Source of the DNA: Candidatus Thorarchaeota archaeon
GTDB taxonomy: Archaea; Asgardarchaeota; Thorarchaeia; Thorarchaeales; Thorarchaeaceae
NCBI GenBank assembly: GCA_048882325.1
Contig: JBHLRS010000004.1
Location: 70,425 to 134,424, forward strand
DNA: 64,000 nt
Reading direction: 5' to 3'
Shown one piece after another: positions 47,733 through 57,235 of this stretch. The notes below the pieces were generated by a model, which made no database searches, was not told the origin of the DNA, and saw nothing but the letters and a program-made list of their open reading frames with translations. How positions within the stretch are numbered: the first letter of the stretch is position 1; each line of letters begins with the position of its first letter. Both the position numbers and the translations under genes were made by a program.

Positions 47733-50700
47733 TCAAGCCACTTTGTTTCGAATTAGTCTTGGTCCTAGGACATCATGATACAGCTTGAGATAAGAAGCAT
47801 CCTCAGAAACTACTGCCATTGGGGTATCTGAATCGCTTCCACCCCCGACCAAGATCTCTCGATCGTCGATGACTGTGAGAAGCATAGGAGTCTTTGTCTG
47901 CCAAATACGCCAGCCATCCATAGTTTCAAGTGCTGGATCGGGTTCATCTGTTTCGGGGATGATGAGAACTCGTCGTTTGGGTTTTTTAACCCTAGCAAGC
48001 CTTTTCACATCTAGACAAGACAGATTTGGAACAGACACAACTACTGACTCTTCAGCTCTTTGAGCCATATCACTAACATGAGCGCACGCTTCTTTTGAAC
48101 CACTAAGATACCAAGTTCGTTCAGTAGGTACTTCTAGAACCTTCTCGCTAGCGGAGTGAATCGCTCTGAGAGTTTCAACTGCTGTCGTAGTCATCTTAAC
48201 CATGCCTGTGATTGTTTCTTGGACATTGTTACTTAGTTCCATAATCTCGTTCTTTTGTTTGTTAGACCATCGACGCAAGGACTTGTCTACTTGATCACTG
48301 AATTTTGATAGTTCATCACTTCGTGTTTGTCTGAGTAGCGTGATGCCCTCGCTCGATTGATTGCTACTACTGGTCACAATGTCTGTTAAAGCCAGATTTT
48401 TAGCTGCTAAATCAGAATGTGCCTTCTCAATCAACGTCGAAGTCTGTGTACTAAGTTGTGTCTTCAGATCCAACCCTATCGTTTCCAATTTCCTCGCTGC
48501 TTGCTGATTCGTTAGAATTGCGCTATCTTGCACAGCTTTGATTGCTTCATTCCGTTTCTCGGTGGTCTGAATTGATGCCTGTTCAAGCAAGTTGCGAAAC
48601 TCTTCAGAAGCTGATTCCGAGGACCGCTGAATCTCAGTGAAAGATGACACCAATTGATCCGTGACCATTCCGTAATTTTGGGTTGTTTCTTGATTGATTG
48701 CTTCATCGACCTCTGTGATTTTTTCAGCCATAGCATTAGGCATAGCTGTAAAAGCTTCACTGCCCTTAGCCAGAGCTGCTGCACAAGAGCTTCCAAAGTC
48801 ATCAATTCTAGCGTGTACACCTTCCTCGGCATCCTGCAATAGTGTAGAAGTGATATCTGCGAATTTGTCGATATCTGCATCTCCACGTTCAATCACTGTT
48901 GCTGCAGCTTCCTCAGCGGCTTTGATTAGGTTCGTCTGCATCAATATGATTTCATTTCCGAGTTTAGTTCCAAAGGTTTCCAGGGATGTGGCAACATTGG
49001 CAACTGTGGAATCAACCCAAACCGAGGCCGCATCAAAGGCTTGTGTTACCTCAGTTCTCCTTGCCTCGACAGCTTGAAGGACCTCTTCCTTTGCTGCATT
49101 TCTTCCTTTTACACCACTAGTTTCTCGCTCAGAGAGTTCAGCACGGAATTCTTCGATGGTCAGTTTTGAGGCTTTTACACGCTTTGTGGCTAGCTTATTG
49201 ATTTTCTTGCTGGTATCAGCCAAGTATCGCTGTTTGTGATCCTTCTGCTCTTCGATGAATGCATCAGCTGTGCTTTTTGCGGCAGTTGTACTCTTCTCTA
49301 ATGCATCAGTGGTCACCTGTCGAACGTTATCCAGTCTCTCAGCTATGGTGTCTCTTGCACCGTCGACAGTGACATTGAACTCCTGACTAACCTGGTCGAA
49401 ATTCTCAGTAAACTGGTTGATGATACCTGTTTCCATGCTACGCAAGTTATCTTCGGTACTTAGAATTGATTTCTCAAGCGTGTCAAGCGCCTTAGCCATA
49501 CTCTCAGAAATGGCAAGACGTTTCTCAACAGCGAGCTCTTCAAGTGCATGTTTGACTGTAGCGACAGAAGACGCAACTTCATCAATCTTGAGTCCTAGCT
49601 CGGTGGAGTATTCCTGTTGCAATTTCTGAGAGTCTTCCTTAAGACTAGTCATTTCAGATTTTAACGTGTTCTTAAACTCGGAATGAGTTGATGCGATAAG
49701 ATCACGAGCTTCAACGGTCTGACTAGACAACAGACCATTGAAGGTTGCTTCAATCCCCTGTGTTAGAGTGATGAACTGACGTGTAATATCCTCAAGGTGA
49801 GTGTGAAATTCCTCACGGATTCCAAGAGTATGCTGGTCAATTCTATTAACTTGTTGAGTAATAATGGCATCAATAGCAGATTCAATCTGATCCGCCTGAG
49901 AACTTATTGCAGTAACTCTTTGATTCATTCTTTTATCAAGTCGGTCTCTCAGACGTTCGTAGAGCTTCTTTGAGTCAAGAACCTGTTTCTCTGTCTTTGT
50001 GGTGAAGCTGGATATCAATTCTTCAAGTGTTGCACCGACACTTGCTTCAAAGTCATGGGTTGTTTTTTTGATAGACGAAATGAGAGCTTCATTCTTTGTG
50101 GTGGTTGATTTAATGATTGAGTTGAATGCAGATTTCAATCTGCTATTCATAACCTCTGCCATCGTGTTCAACTCACTTGTTTCAGTTTCGAGAATAGAAG
50201 CAATATCAGCGGATGTTGATGTCAAGTTATTGTCAATTGATTGAACTGTACTCTTTACCCATTTATCAAGCTCAGAATGGAGTGTCTTTGCGGCTTCTTC
50301 ACATCCAGTCTGTTCAGTTTCGTTTTGTGTCTGAAGAAGCTCTAAAACCATGACCCGGGTGTCTGCAAGAGTAGTTTCACACTCTGTGCCTAATTTTGTA
50401 GCCAAGCCTTGCACTTGATGATATTCCTCACTAATCATACCATTAAGTTTCTCAATATGAGAAGTTAGGGTGTTCTTTAAGACCTCAATGTAGTTAGCGT
50501 CAGTGGAGGCGACCTGGTCAAGTTGTGATGTCACGGATTGGGATGCAACATCCATGAAGCTCGATACTTCCTCTTTCCAATCGTCAATCTCTCTACTACC
50601 GGCCTCGACAATTTCAGCTGCTGCTTTGATCTTGTTCTTTGTGAATTCACCGAACTCAGTGGGGATGGTTCGTACTTCAGCTAACACCTCTCGCAGAGAT

Positions 50701-51668
50701 TCTTGTCCAGCTGTATATGTCTGGTTTAATTCGCCTTCTACAAGCGTGAGTAGCTGAGTGAGGTCCTTGGTCACTGAGTTGAGAATCGAGACTCCGTTGT
50801 CCGATGCATTGGAAGTCATTGAGCTCAGTGCCTTTGTCATTTCTTGAGTGATGTTTCGTAAAGTTGCAGAGGATGCTTCAAGTGCTTTAGTAACTGCCTT
50901 ACGAGCTGATACAATGAGTGATTGCGCCTTTGTTTCAAATCCAGAGATTGAGGTGAGTGTGGACTTTCTTTCAACTTTCAACCATTTGTCAAACTCACGA
51001 GAGATGAGTTTAACCTCCTTCTCCAGCTTTACTTGGCTCTTGTCAATTTCACTTTGTAATTCAGTCAGCTTAGCACCTAATCTGTTATCGAGTGAGGTGT
51101 CCAGCTTATCCATAATGTCTTCGACGTCCTCGGATAAAGCAAGCATTACCGCAGTGGCTGTTTCTTTTACCTGTTCAATCCGACTACTGACAAGCTCGAG
51201 CATGTCATCCTCATATTTGGCGAAGGACGTTCTCACTGTATCTAAAGACTTAGTCTGAGACTTGATTACTTTTTCCACATTCTTATCTATTTCTTCACCT
51301 TTAGAGCTGAATGTCTTTTCTGACAAGCTGGTTAGACCTTTAACTTCACCCAATACCGATGAAAGCTCACCAGATAGAGCTAGATTTGGTGGCACAGATC
51401 GATACACAGGTACTATCCCATCAATCTCTTTGACTAACCCCTTCTTAGCTAGACGCTGAAGGGCTTTCCTGACTGTTGCAATCTTCTCACCGGACATGAG
51501 AGAAACACCACCAGCAGTCATGTTCCCGCCAAGGTATACTGGTAGTAAAGCCTTGGACTCGACATCTGTTATGTCGAGATTCTTCTTCAATACGGATACT
51601 ACTTCCGTAACTGCTTCATCACTCATTTTAAGCATCCCACCACTGACAATCGTACCATGATCATGCAC
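47733..51668 (-). CDS. TrmB-like wHTH + about 1100-aa helical/coiled-coil region + C-terminal TrmB/PLD-like domain (start possibly 51626)
   Basis: N-terminus: ESKAL..VY..G.MTA...L..L..KGLV....P.Y.SVPP. C-terminus: TWYLSG...MAQRAEESVVVSVP...IDDREILVG. Confidence 0.8.
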   Translation of the reverse strand: MHDHGTIVSGGMLKMSDEAVTEVVSVLKKNLDITDVESKALLPVYLGGNMTAGGVSLMSGEKIATVRKALQRLAKKGLVKEIDGIVPVYRSVPPNLALSGELSSVLGEVKGLTSLSEKTFSSKGEEIDKNVEKVIKSQTKSLDTVRTSFAKYEDDMLELVSSRIEQVKETATAVMLALSEDVEDIMDKLDTSLDNRLGAKLTELQSEIDKSQVKLEKEVKLISREFDKWLKVERKSTLTSISGFETKAQSLIVSARKAVTKALEASSATLRNITQEMTKALSSMTSNASDNGVSILNSVTKDLTQLLTLVEGELNQTYTAGQESLREVLAEVRTIPTEFGEFTKNKIKAAAEIVEAGSREIDDWKEEVSSFMDVASQSVTSQLDQVASTDANYIEVLKNTLTSHIEKLNGMISEEYHQVQGLATKLGTECETTLADTRVMVLELLQTQNETEQTGCEEAAKTLHSELDKWVKSTVQSIDNNLTSTSADIASILETETSELNTMAEVMNSRLKSAFNSIIKSTTTKNEALISSIKKTTHDFEASVGATLEELISSFTTKTEKQVLDSKKLYERLRDRLDKRMNQRVTAISSQADQIESAIDAIITQQVNRIDQHTLGIREEFHTHLEDITRQFITLTQGIEATFNGLLSSQTVEARDLIASTHSEFKNTLKSEMTSLKEDSQKLQQEYSTELGLKIDEVASSVATVKHALEELAVEKRLAISESMAKALDTLEKSILSTEDNLRSMETGIINQFTENFDQVSQEFNVTVDGARDTIAERLDNVRQVTTDALEKSTTAAKSTADAFIEEQKDHKQRYLADTSKKINKLATKRVKASKLTIEEFRAELSERETSGVKGRNAAKEEVLQAVEARRTEVTQAFDAASVWVDSTVANVATSLETFGTKLGNEIILMQTNLIKAAEEAAATVIERGDADIDKFADITSTLLQDAEEGVHARIDDFGSSCAAALAKGSEAFTAMPNAMAEKITEVDEAINQETTQNYGMVTDQLVSSFTEIQRSSESASEEFRNLLEQASIQTTEKRNEAIKAVQDSAILTNQQAARKLETIGLDLKTQLSTQTSTLIEKAHSDLAAKNLALTDIVTSSSNQSSEGITLLRQTRSDELSKFSDQVDKSLRRWSNKQKNEIMELSNNVQETITGMVKMTTTAVETLRAIHSASEKVLEVPTERTWYLSGSKEACAHVSDMAQRAEESVVVSVPNLSCLDVKRLARVKKPKRRVLIIPETDEPDPALETMDGWRIWQTKTPMLLTVIDDREILVGGGSDSDTPMAVVSEDASYLKLYHDVLGPRLIRNKVA

Positions 51669-51682
51669 GGCGTATTGTCAGA

Positions 51683-52519
51683 TTATTCTTGCTTCTCAAA
51701 CTTTGATACTCGCTCAAACAGGTCTCTCAGTTGACCTGCTTGAAGAGCTGATGATTCCTCCCCAGCAAGGACCTCAGCTTGGATTTTTATGGAATCTTCA
51801 GCCTCGTTCACGTAAATAGCATCAAAGCCCTTTAACGACCCAGCTTTCAGCTGACTCTTTGCAGTACTTGGAGTTTGTCCCTCAACATCGATTGAGAGAA
51901 GCCACCAATTCAGTGTCAGGTCAGTTACACTTGATTCTAGACCATAGTAGTTTGAGAATATCTGACAATAAAGTCGGAATAATTGATAATTCTCAATCCT
52001 ATCATGAATCGGGTTTAGCATGACGATCCCTCTTTCAAAATCAAAGCGGAACATCAGGCCATCACCGAGTACAAGCATAACATTGTCTTCATGTGCCGAT
52101 GAGAAATTCTTCCAGGTCTTCTTGAATTTAGTCGTAAAATGACGAATAGAACTTACATCAAGTGTTGAAAGAAGGTCCTTGATGTGAATCCTTCTGTCAA
52201 TCATTTCGCGACCTTTTTTCTCTAGAATGAAACGCCGTATCTGTTCAAGATACTGACTGAAACAAAAACTCGGAAGATCTTGTGGCTTGACACCAATCTC
52301 AATGAGTGCATTCAAGAAATTCCGATCCTTACATGCGGGTCTGACAGTGCAACTAAGTCTATCCTCTTGACACTCTATGCACTTTTTTTCATGTAGTTCA
52401 ATTAGTTCTTGTGCTAGCTGATTGTCAGCCACAGTGTCAAGTAGACCTATTCTTACTGCAAGTTCTTCATTGTGTTTTTTGAGATTCATATATGTCATGT
52501 CCACCAAGATATCATTCAA
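51683..52519 (-). CDS. Uncharacterised Cys-containing protein
   Basis: CxxC-x6-C-x5-C cluster; co-oriented with the flanking coiled-coil genes. Confidence 0.7.
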   Translation of the reverse strand: MNDILVDMTYMNLKKHNEELAVRIGLLDTVADNQLAQELIELHEKKCIECQEDRLSCTVRPACKDRNFLNALIEIGVKPQDLPSFCFSQYLEQIRRFILEKKGREMIDRRIHIKDLLSTLDVSSIRHFTTKFKKTWKNFSSAHEDNVMLVLGDGLMFRFDFERGIVMLNPIHDRIENYQLFRLYCQIFSNYYGLESSVTDLTLNWWLLSIDVEGQTPSTAKSQLKAGSLKGFDAIYVNEAEDSIKIQAEVLAGEESSALQAGQLRDLFERVSKFEKQE

Positions 52520-52658
52520 CAGAAGCTGAGTTATGTCAGTTCCATTTGTTCTCGTTTACGGTGATTCCACCGAAAGTGAGTCATGTTGCGCATTGTGGTT
52601 TGACCGAGATAAACCTTGTTTTAGCAAACCCTGTTTTTGGGTTCGAATCTGAGAAATA

Positions 52659-53543
52659 TCAGCTACTTGCAGCCACTTCTTTCAATTTACTCTTCCATGA
52701 CTTAATCTCACGGCTTAGGCTTGCGATGTCATTCTCATTCAAAGTTGCAGTGGGGGGATATGATTTCAGCTCACGAGCACGTTTGCCAAATTGAAATAGT
52801 ACCGGTGTATGACCTTTGATCATCGTCGTGAGTTCATCACGAACTTCCTCAAGTGCTTCAGCCATCTCAGCTGCTTCGGTCTGTGGAATCACAAGAGTCA
52901 TCAGATTGTCCATTAGGTTATCAATGGTCGATGGAAGATTCGTCTTATCTGGAGGTTTGACCTTGGGGGTATCTTCATCTTCATCTTTCGGTTTCTTTGT
53001 AGGTTTCTTGGTTTCAGGAAATGATTCGGCAGCACCAGACTTTATGAACTCAGTGAGTGTTTCAACAGCTTCTGTGACTTTATCAATTGCAACATTGTAT
53101 TTGCGTTCAATGTCATCCAACTGCCGAACAATGATTCCAACTATTTCCTTTGTTTCCTCAAACTGACCAGTGAGATCTTGAACTTTCTCCTCAATGCCAG
53201 AGAACTCAGCAATGTAATTCTGTAAATCATCCAATTTCTTTGGTACTACATCAGCATCAGCAATGGACACAAGTATATCATCAAGCTTCTTTATGATGAC
53301 TGCAGATTCCTTTGAGTCTTTGACTTCTTTGACAGCAGTGTCGATGCCATTGACGGACTTGACAAGATCATCCAGTTTCTTTGTAGCATCAAGTCCTTTT
53401 ACAGACTTTAACAGCTCATCTAACTTCTTTTCAACATCAGAAACTGAAGGGATCTCCTTACGCAGACTAGATATCTCCTCAGACATTTTGTCTATCTTTT
53501 GTTGGATTTCCTTGATTGCAGCATCTGTTTTCTCGGTGGCCAT
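52659..53543 (-). CDS. Coiled-coil protein with KKLD repeats and C-terminal helical domain
   Basis: Four KKLD(D/E) repeats, a K/P/D linker and a C-terminal PVL...W..KL domain. Confidence 0.75.
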   Translation of the reverse strand: MATEKTDAAIKEIQQKIDKMSEEISSLRKEIPSVSDVEKKLDELLKSVKGLDATKKLDDLVKSVNGIDTAVKEVKDSKESAVIIKKLDDILVSIADADVVPKKLDDLQNYIAEFSGIEEKVQDLTGQFEETKEIVGIIVRQLDDIERKYNVAIDKVTEAVETLTEFIKSGAAESFPETKKPTKKPKDEDEDTPKVKPPDKTNLPSTIDNLMDNLMTLVIPQTEAAEMAEALEEVRDELTTMIKGHTPVLFQFGKRARELKSYPPTATLNENDIASLSREIKSWKSKLKEVAASS

Positions 53544-53672
53544 AGCATCCCCTACTCATAATGGCGATTGTGTCCGTTCTGTAGCAGGGAAAGTAATTAG
53601 CCTTTCGGGAATGTAGTTAATGTGGTTGGAAGAGTAATTAGAGTGCGAGAAATGAGTGATTAGTGAAGGGAA

Positions 53673-54536
53673 CTATGCCTTTTTTGCCCTGATTACATCG
53701 ATCCCAGCTTTTTCTAGCATTGGAAGTACATGTGCTTTATTCTCAGCATTCATTCCTTTCCAATCGATGACAGCAGACACGATGGGATTAGTCGATTTGG
53801 TGATCATTTGATTGAGTACTTCATCCGTCAAGTCATTTACTGCATATTTTGGTGCCATATGGCCTATCTTGTAGTCCTTTTCAAGAACCAGCTTGTTGAA
53901 TTTACTAGCATAGTGAGTTCCACCAAATCCAATAACCGCGTTTCCATTCAGTGGTTCAGTAGTGCAGTCCATCACTGCAGACGCCACCGCTCTTGCACCT
54001 CCCTGATGGATCCAGTATTCCTCGGAACTTCCTAACTCAACAAAGACGAGGGGAGTGTCTAGTGTAGTTGGACCATGATGCGTCACCTCAAGCGACACAT
54101 CAAACTCATCCAACCTGTTCTTGTTTCGTTCTTTGAACAACCTCCTAAGTGCAACAGAAACCAGAGATGGAGCTGACTTGGAGAGCTGGTGGGGATTTCC
54201 TCCAAATAGCGCTTCATTACCCAAATTCCCGGTACTATGTACTAGAAATGCAGGTTTTCCGGATTCTGCACGATGCCGAGAACAGAAGATGAAAGCATCA
54301 GCCTCAAAGTGTTTTTCAAGATGGTCACAATGAATCATATCACGTGTTGTTGTAATCAGTAGCACATCGTTACCCTTTGAAAAGATGGGGTGGCCTTCAA
54401 ATGATTTGGTGGTTGAAGAAAAACCATGTTCACTAAGTAGGATGTCTTTGATGGTTAAGCTGGCTGTGTCTTGCTCTGAGGTGACTAATATCCGCAAGAT
54501 ACCTCCTCCCATATCGCTAGACTTGGCACAGCTCAA
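53673..54536 (-). CDS. dtdA: D-aminoacyl-tRNA deacylase (archaeal DTD2)
   Basis: SRH, HSTGN, EVTHHGPT, ELGS, GGTHYA and IDWK. Confidence 0.93.
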   Translation of the reverse strand: MSCAKSSDMGGGILRILVTSEQDTASLTIKDILLSEHGFSSTTKSFEGHPIFSKGNDVLLITTTRDMIHCDHLEKHFEADAFIFCSRHRAESGKPAFLVHSTGNLGNEALFGGNPHQLSKSAPSLVSVALRRLFKERNKNRLDEFDVSLEVTHHGPTTLDTPLVFVELGSSEEYWIHQGGARAVASAVMDCTTEPLNGNAVIGFGGTHYASKFNKLVLEKDYKIGHMAPKYAVNDLTDEVLNQMITKSTNPIVSAVIDWKGMNAENKAHVLPMLEKAGIDVIRAKKA

Positions 54537-55746
54537 GTAATGGTTCTAGACTAACTTCCACCTGTAGAGTGACCTTCTCTCCAAAGGTTTCAAGAATCTC
54601 TGACTCAATGCGGCTCTTGAAATCCTTCACTTTGTCAATTTGCCTTGTGATGTCGTCCCGAATTCTAAGAAGGTCATTTCGATGATATTCTAGGTTCTTG
54701 GTTGCTTCATTCAGTTCACCTTGAAGAGTATCATTCTTCGTGTATACATCTGATCCAGCGTAGGTGTGGCGTTTGTTTTCGATCTCTTTTGCTTGATCTT
54801 GGTACTTTTGCAGGGCACCATTCCGAATTGCTTCTACCTCCTCCACTGCCCTTCTTGCAAGTCGATCCTTCAATGGGAGTTTTCCATTTTCAATTGCCTC
54901 CTTTAGTCCAGATAGACCTTCAATAAGTCCGGGATAACCCTCAGACTCCTCAACAATCGCAGTATAGGGGTCCTCAAAGTACTCTGTTAATGCTTTCTGA
55001 CCAGCTGGACTGATTCTAACGCCCGTATCATGCTGAAAGAATTTCTTCACCTGCTTCTTCAGGGGATTCAGCTTCATTCTGAGAAGACTACCTACATGAT
55101 CTGCCTGTTCGTCCAAGCTGAGGAGTTCAGCAACGTTGGAGGATTCAGTGAAGTCGTCATAAGCCTTCTTTGCAGAGTTATATTCGGTCTGCGCGGTCTC
55201 TATCTTTCGACGAACCTGCTGGATCTGTTCCTCAAAGATTTCTCTACTGAAGGTTAGATCATGGAGTGTGTCAATCCGTCCCCCAATTCGTTCTAAGTCC
55301 TTTATCCAACTATATTCATAGAGCAGTTTATTGAGCTTGTTCATTTCACGTGCGAGTTCTTTCATGTATGTGTCAAGTGTTTTAATCACATTCTTGTATC
55401 GCTTGTCCATCCTCTTAATCCATCGAGCACCAGCGCCCCAGAGCTCTTGGATGAATCTCTGAATCTCCTCCTTCATGGCTTCAGTGTTTTCGTACGTGAT
55501 GTCTTTGTCCACATAAAAGTCAGATACAATCTCCCCAATCTTCATGGCAAATCTCGAAGCAATACTACCGGATTCGAGTTCTTCATCCTCTTCATCTTGG
55601 AACTCCCTTGTTAGCTGCTCTATGTCTTTCAGCGTGGTTTCAACAATTCTATAGCTCTTTTCTGCGTATTTGATGAAATCCTTTGACTGCTTTCTAAGCT
55701 GTTTTCGATACCATTTCTGAAGTTGTTCGACATTAAGGTTAGTCAT
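54517..55746 (-). CDS. Uncharacterised coiled-coil protein
   Basis: About 409 aa, all-helical and charged; ATG 55746 follows a GGTGA SD. Confidence 0.75.
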   Translation of the reverse strand: MTNLNVEQLQKWYRKQLRKQSKDFIKYAEKSYRIVETTLKDIEQLTREFQDEEDEELESGSIASRFAMKIGEIVSDFYVDKDITYENTEAMKEEIQRFIQELWGAGARWIKRMDKRYKNVIKTLDTYMKELAREMNKLNKLLYEYSWIKDLERIGGRIDTLHDLTFSREIFEEQIQQVRRKIETAQTEYNSAKKAYDDFTESSNVAELLSLDEQADHVGSLLRMKLNPLKKQVKKFFQHDTGVRISPAGQKALTEYFEDPYTAIVEESEGYPGLIEGLSGLKEAIENGKLPLKDRLARRAVEEVEAIRNGALQKYQDQAKEIENKRHTYAGSDVYTKNDTLQGELNEATKNLEYHRNDLLRIRDDITRQIDKVKDFKSRIESEILETFGEKVTLQVEVSLEPLLELCQV

Positions 55747-55839
55747 AGGAAAACTCACCCGGACATGACAGGGTTTTGTGCGTGGTTTATCAACTTTATG
55801 AACGGTGAAACACCGCACCGTCATCAAATTAGCACGACG

Positions 55840-55846
55840 TTTATAT
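55840..55846 (+). promoter_or_regulatory. Putative TATA box of the candidate selenoprotein gene
   Basis: TTTATAT about 45 nt upstream of ATG 55891. Confidence 0.4.
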
Positions 55847-55890
55847 CAAGTCGAACTTAGAGTTGAATAGCATTGGTAGCGTGATCAGTC

Positions 55891-56694
55891 ATGTCTGAGA
55901 CCTTGGAAACCGGCAATCGGAAGCCGAGGCTAGATCTCACGTACTGCGTTGAGTGCATAACCTGAGGCCGAGGTAGTCTGGGTTTCTTCATGAAGCGCCT
56001 CAGTTTGATAGATTCCCGCGGGAAGGACCGCCTGTTACTCCGGAATCCTGCTGGATACAAAGGGGGTTTCTGGTTGACCTACTATGCAGATGAGATGTTC
56101 TGCATGGCTGCGTCCACTGAGAATGACTCCTTCTCTATGGTGAGTGAAGCGCATGGAAAAGGAATGCTGAGTGTATCCCTGACCCATTCGCCCTTACTTG
56201 ACGGAGTTCCGACTATAAGGATGGACATTCAGGTCTGGAGCCATAATAAACCGTTCATGCTTATCCGGCATAAGACAACCAATGTAACAGGACAACCCAT
56301 CAAGAACCTAAAACTCTTCGAGTTTATGGACTTTGATATAGGAGGACCTGCTAGCTACAAAGATGATCAGGGTCTCTACGAGCCTGACACTGGCCTTATG
56401 CTGGTGTATGATGGAAATCCTCTACTAGTCGCGCTGGCATCTCAACCAGACCCGGACCGATGGGAAATTTCAGCACCGACCAAGCTGCTGGTCAACGAAG
56501 AAATCCCGGATCTACGTAATAACAATGAGCTCGGGCCGGCTGATGTGGCGACTGGACTCCAGTGGAACCTTGGAAACTTGGAACCGGGAGAAAGCAACCA
56601 GATCGACACAATCATTGCATCAGCGACCAGTTTCGAAGAGGTCAAGGCTCTCATCCCTAAAGGATGGCAGCTCTTCGACAAGAAGATACGATGA
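55891..56694 (+). CDS. Candidate selenoprotein (Sec at TGA 55963-55965; YCVECITU motif) with a beta-rich C-terminal domain
   Basis: ATG 55891 is exactly 33 codons upstream of, and in frame with, ORF 55990. The only intervening stop is one TGA in a CxxCxxU context, and a SECIS-like hairpin lies at the 3' end. Confidence 0.75.
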
Positions 56695-56732
56695 AGCAAG
56701 AACGTAAAGTAATGCAGTTCTTGTTGAGATCT
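56684..56732 (+). promoter_or_regulatory. Eukaryote-type SECIS element
   Basis: agat-acg-ATGA-agcaagaacgt-AAAgtaat-gc(a)gttcttgtt-GA-g-atct: helix I, AUGA/GA core, 11-bp helix II with one bulge and an apical AAA. Confidence 0.78.
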
Positions 56733-56764
56733 GGGAAGCACCCAGTTCTTCTGTTGATAGCCTC

Positions 56765-56797
56765 AAAAAAAAGAGAGCGGGGACCTTCAAAGTCCCC
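56765..56797 (-). terminator. Hairpin plus U-tract terminator after wHTH gene
   Basis: ggggac...gtcccc stem at 56779-56797, followed on the minus strand by ctctc and a T run. Confidence 0.55.
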
Positions 56798-56803
56798 TAT
56801 GAA

Positions 56804-57235
56804 CTAGAGAGTATTCTCTAGATAGTCTGCCAACATCTGGGCCTCTTGTGTTAGACAAGCAAGCTGTCCTTTATTACTCAAATCACCACCAGTCAGCAGT
56901 CCCATGTTCTTCAGAGAGCGTAAATTCCACTTTACAGTACTGTACGCAACATTACTGTGACGTGAAACTTGGTCTGCGAGAGCTGTTAGGGTCAAATCAC
57001 GATGTTTCAACAGCTCATGACTCATTCGTAGTACCTGCTTCTGCGTATCGCTCAACCTAGTTTCTGCTAGTCTGAAGAACGATGCAGCAAGACTTTGAAA
57101 ATTAGTCGTCGAGACCTTACGGTCACTTAAGAACACATTCACCTCGTGACTTAATTTGGTAGTCACCTGCTGGATGGTTGTCACCTTTTGTGTTCGAGAC
57201 CCGATGTCGATGGGCAGTTGTAGTTGTTTCAGCAC
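56804..57235 (-). CDS. Winged-helix DNA-binding protein (start uncertain)
   Basis: LSDTQKQVL...TLTALADQVS...YSTVKWNLRSLKNMGLL...LT. Confidence 0.75.
   Translation of the reverse strand: MLKQLQLPIDIGSRTQKVTTIQQVTTKLSHEVNVFLSDRKVSTTNFQSLAASFFRLAETRLSDTQKQVLRMSHELLKHRDLTLTALADQVSRHSNVAYSTVKWNLRSLKNMGLLTGGDLSNKGQLACLTQEAQMLADYLENTL

Noticed and set aside
57117-57137. C-V-L-K-TGA-P-TAA at the end of the uORF as a tiny selenopeptide
   Set aside because: No recognisable motif or SECIS on that strand, and it overlaps the wHTH coding frame.
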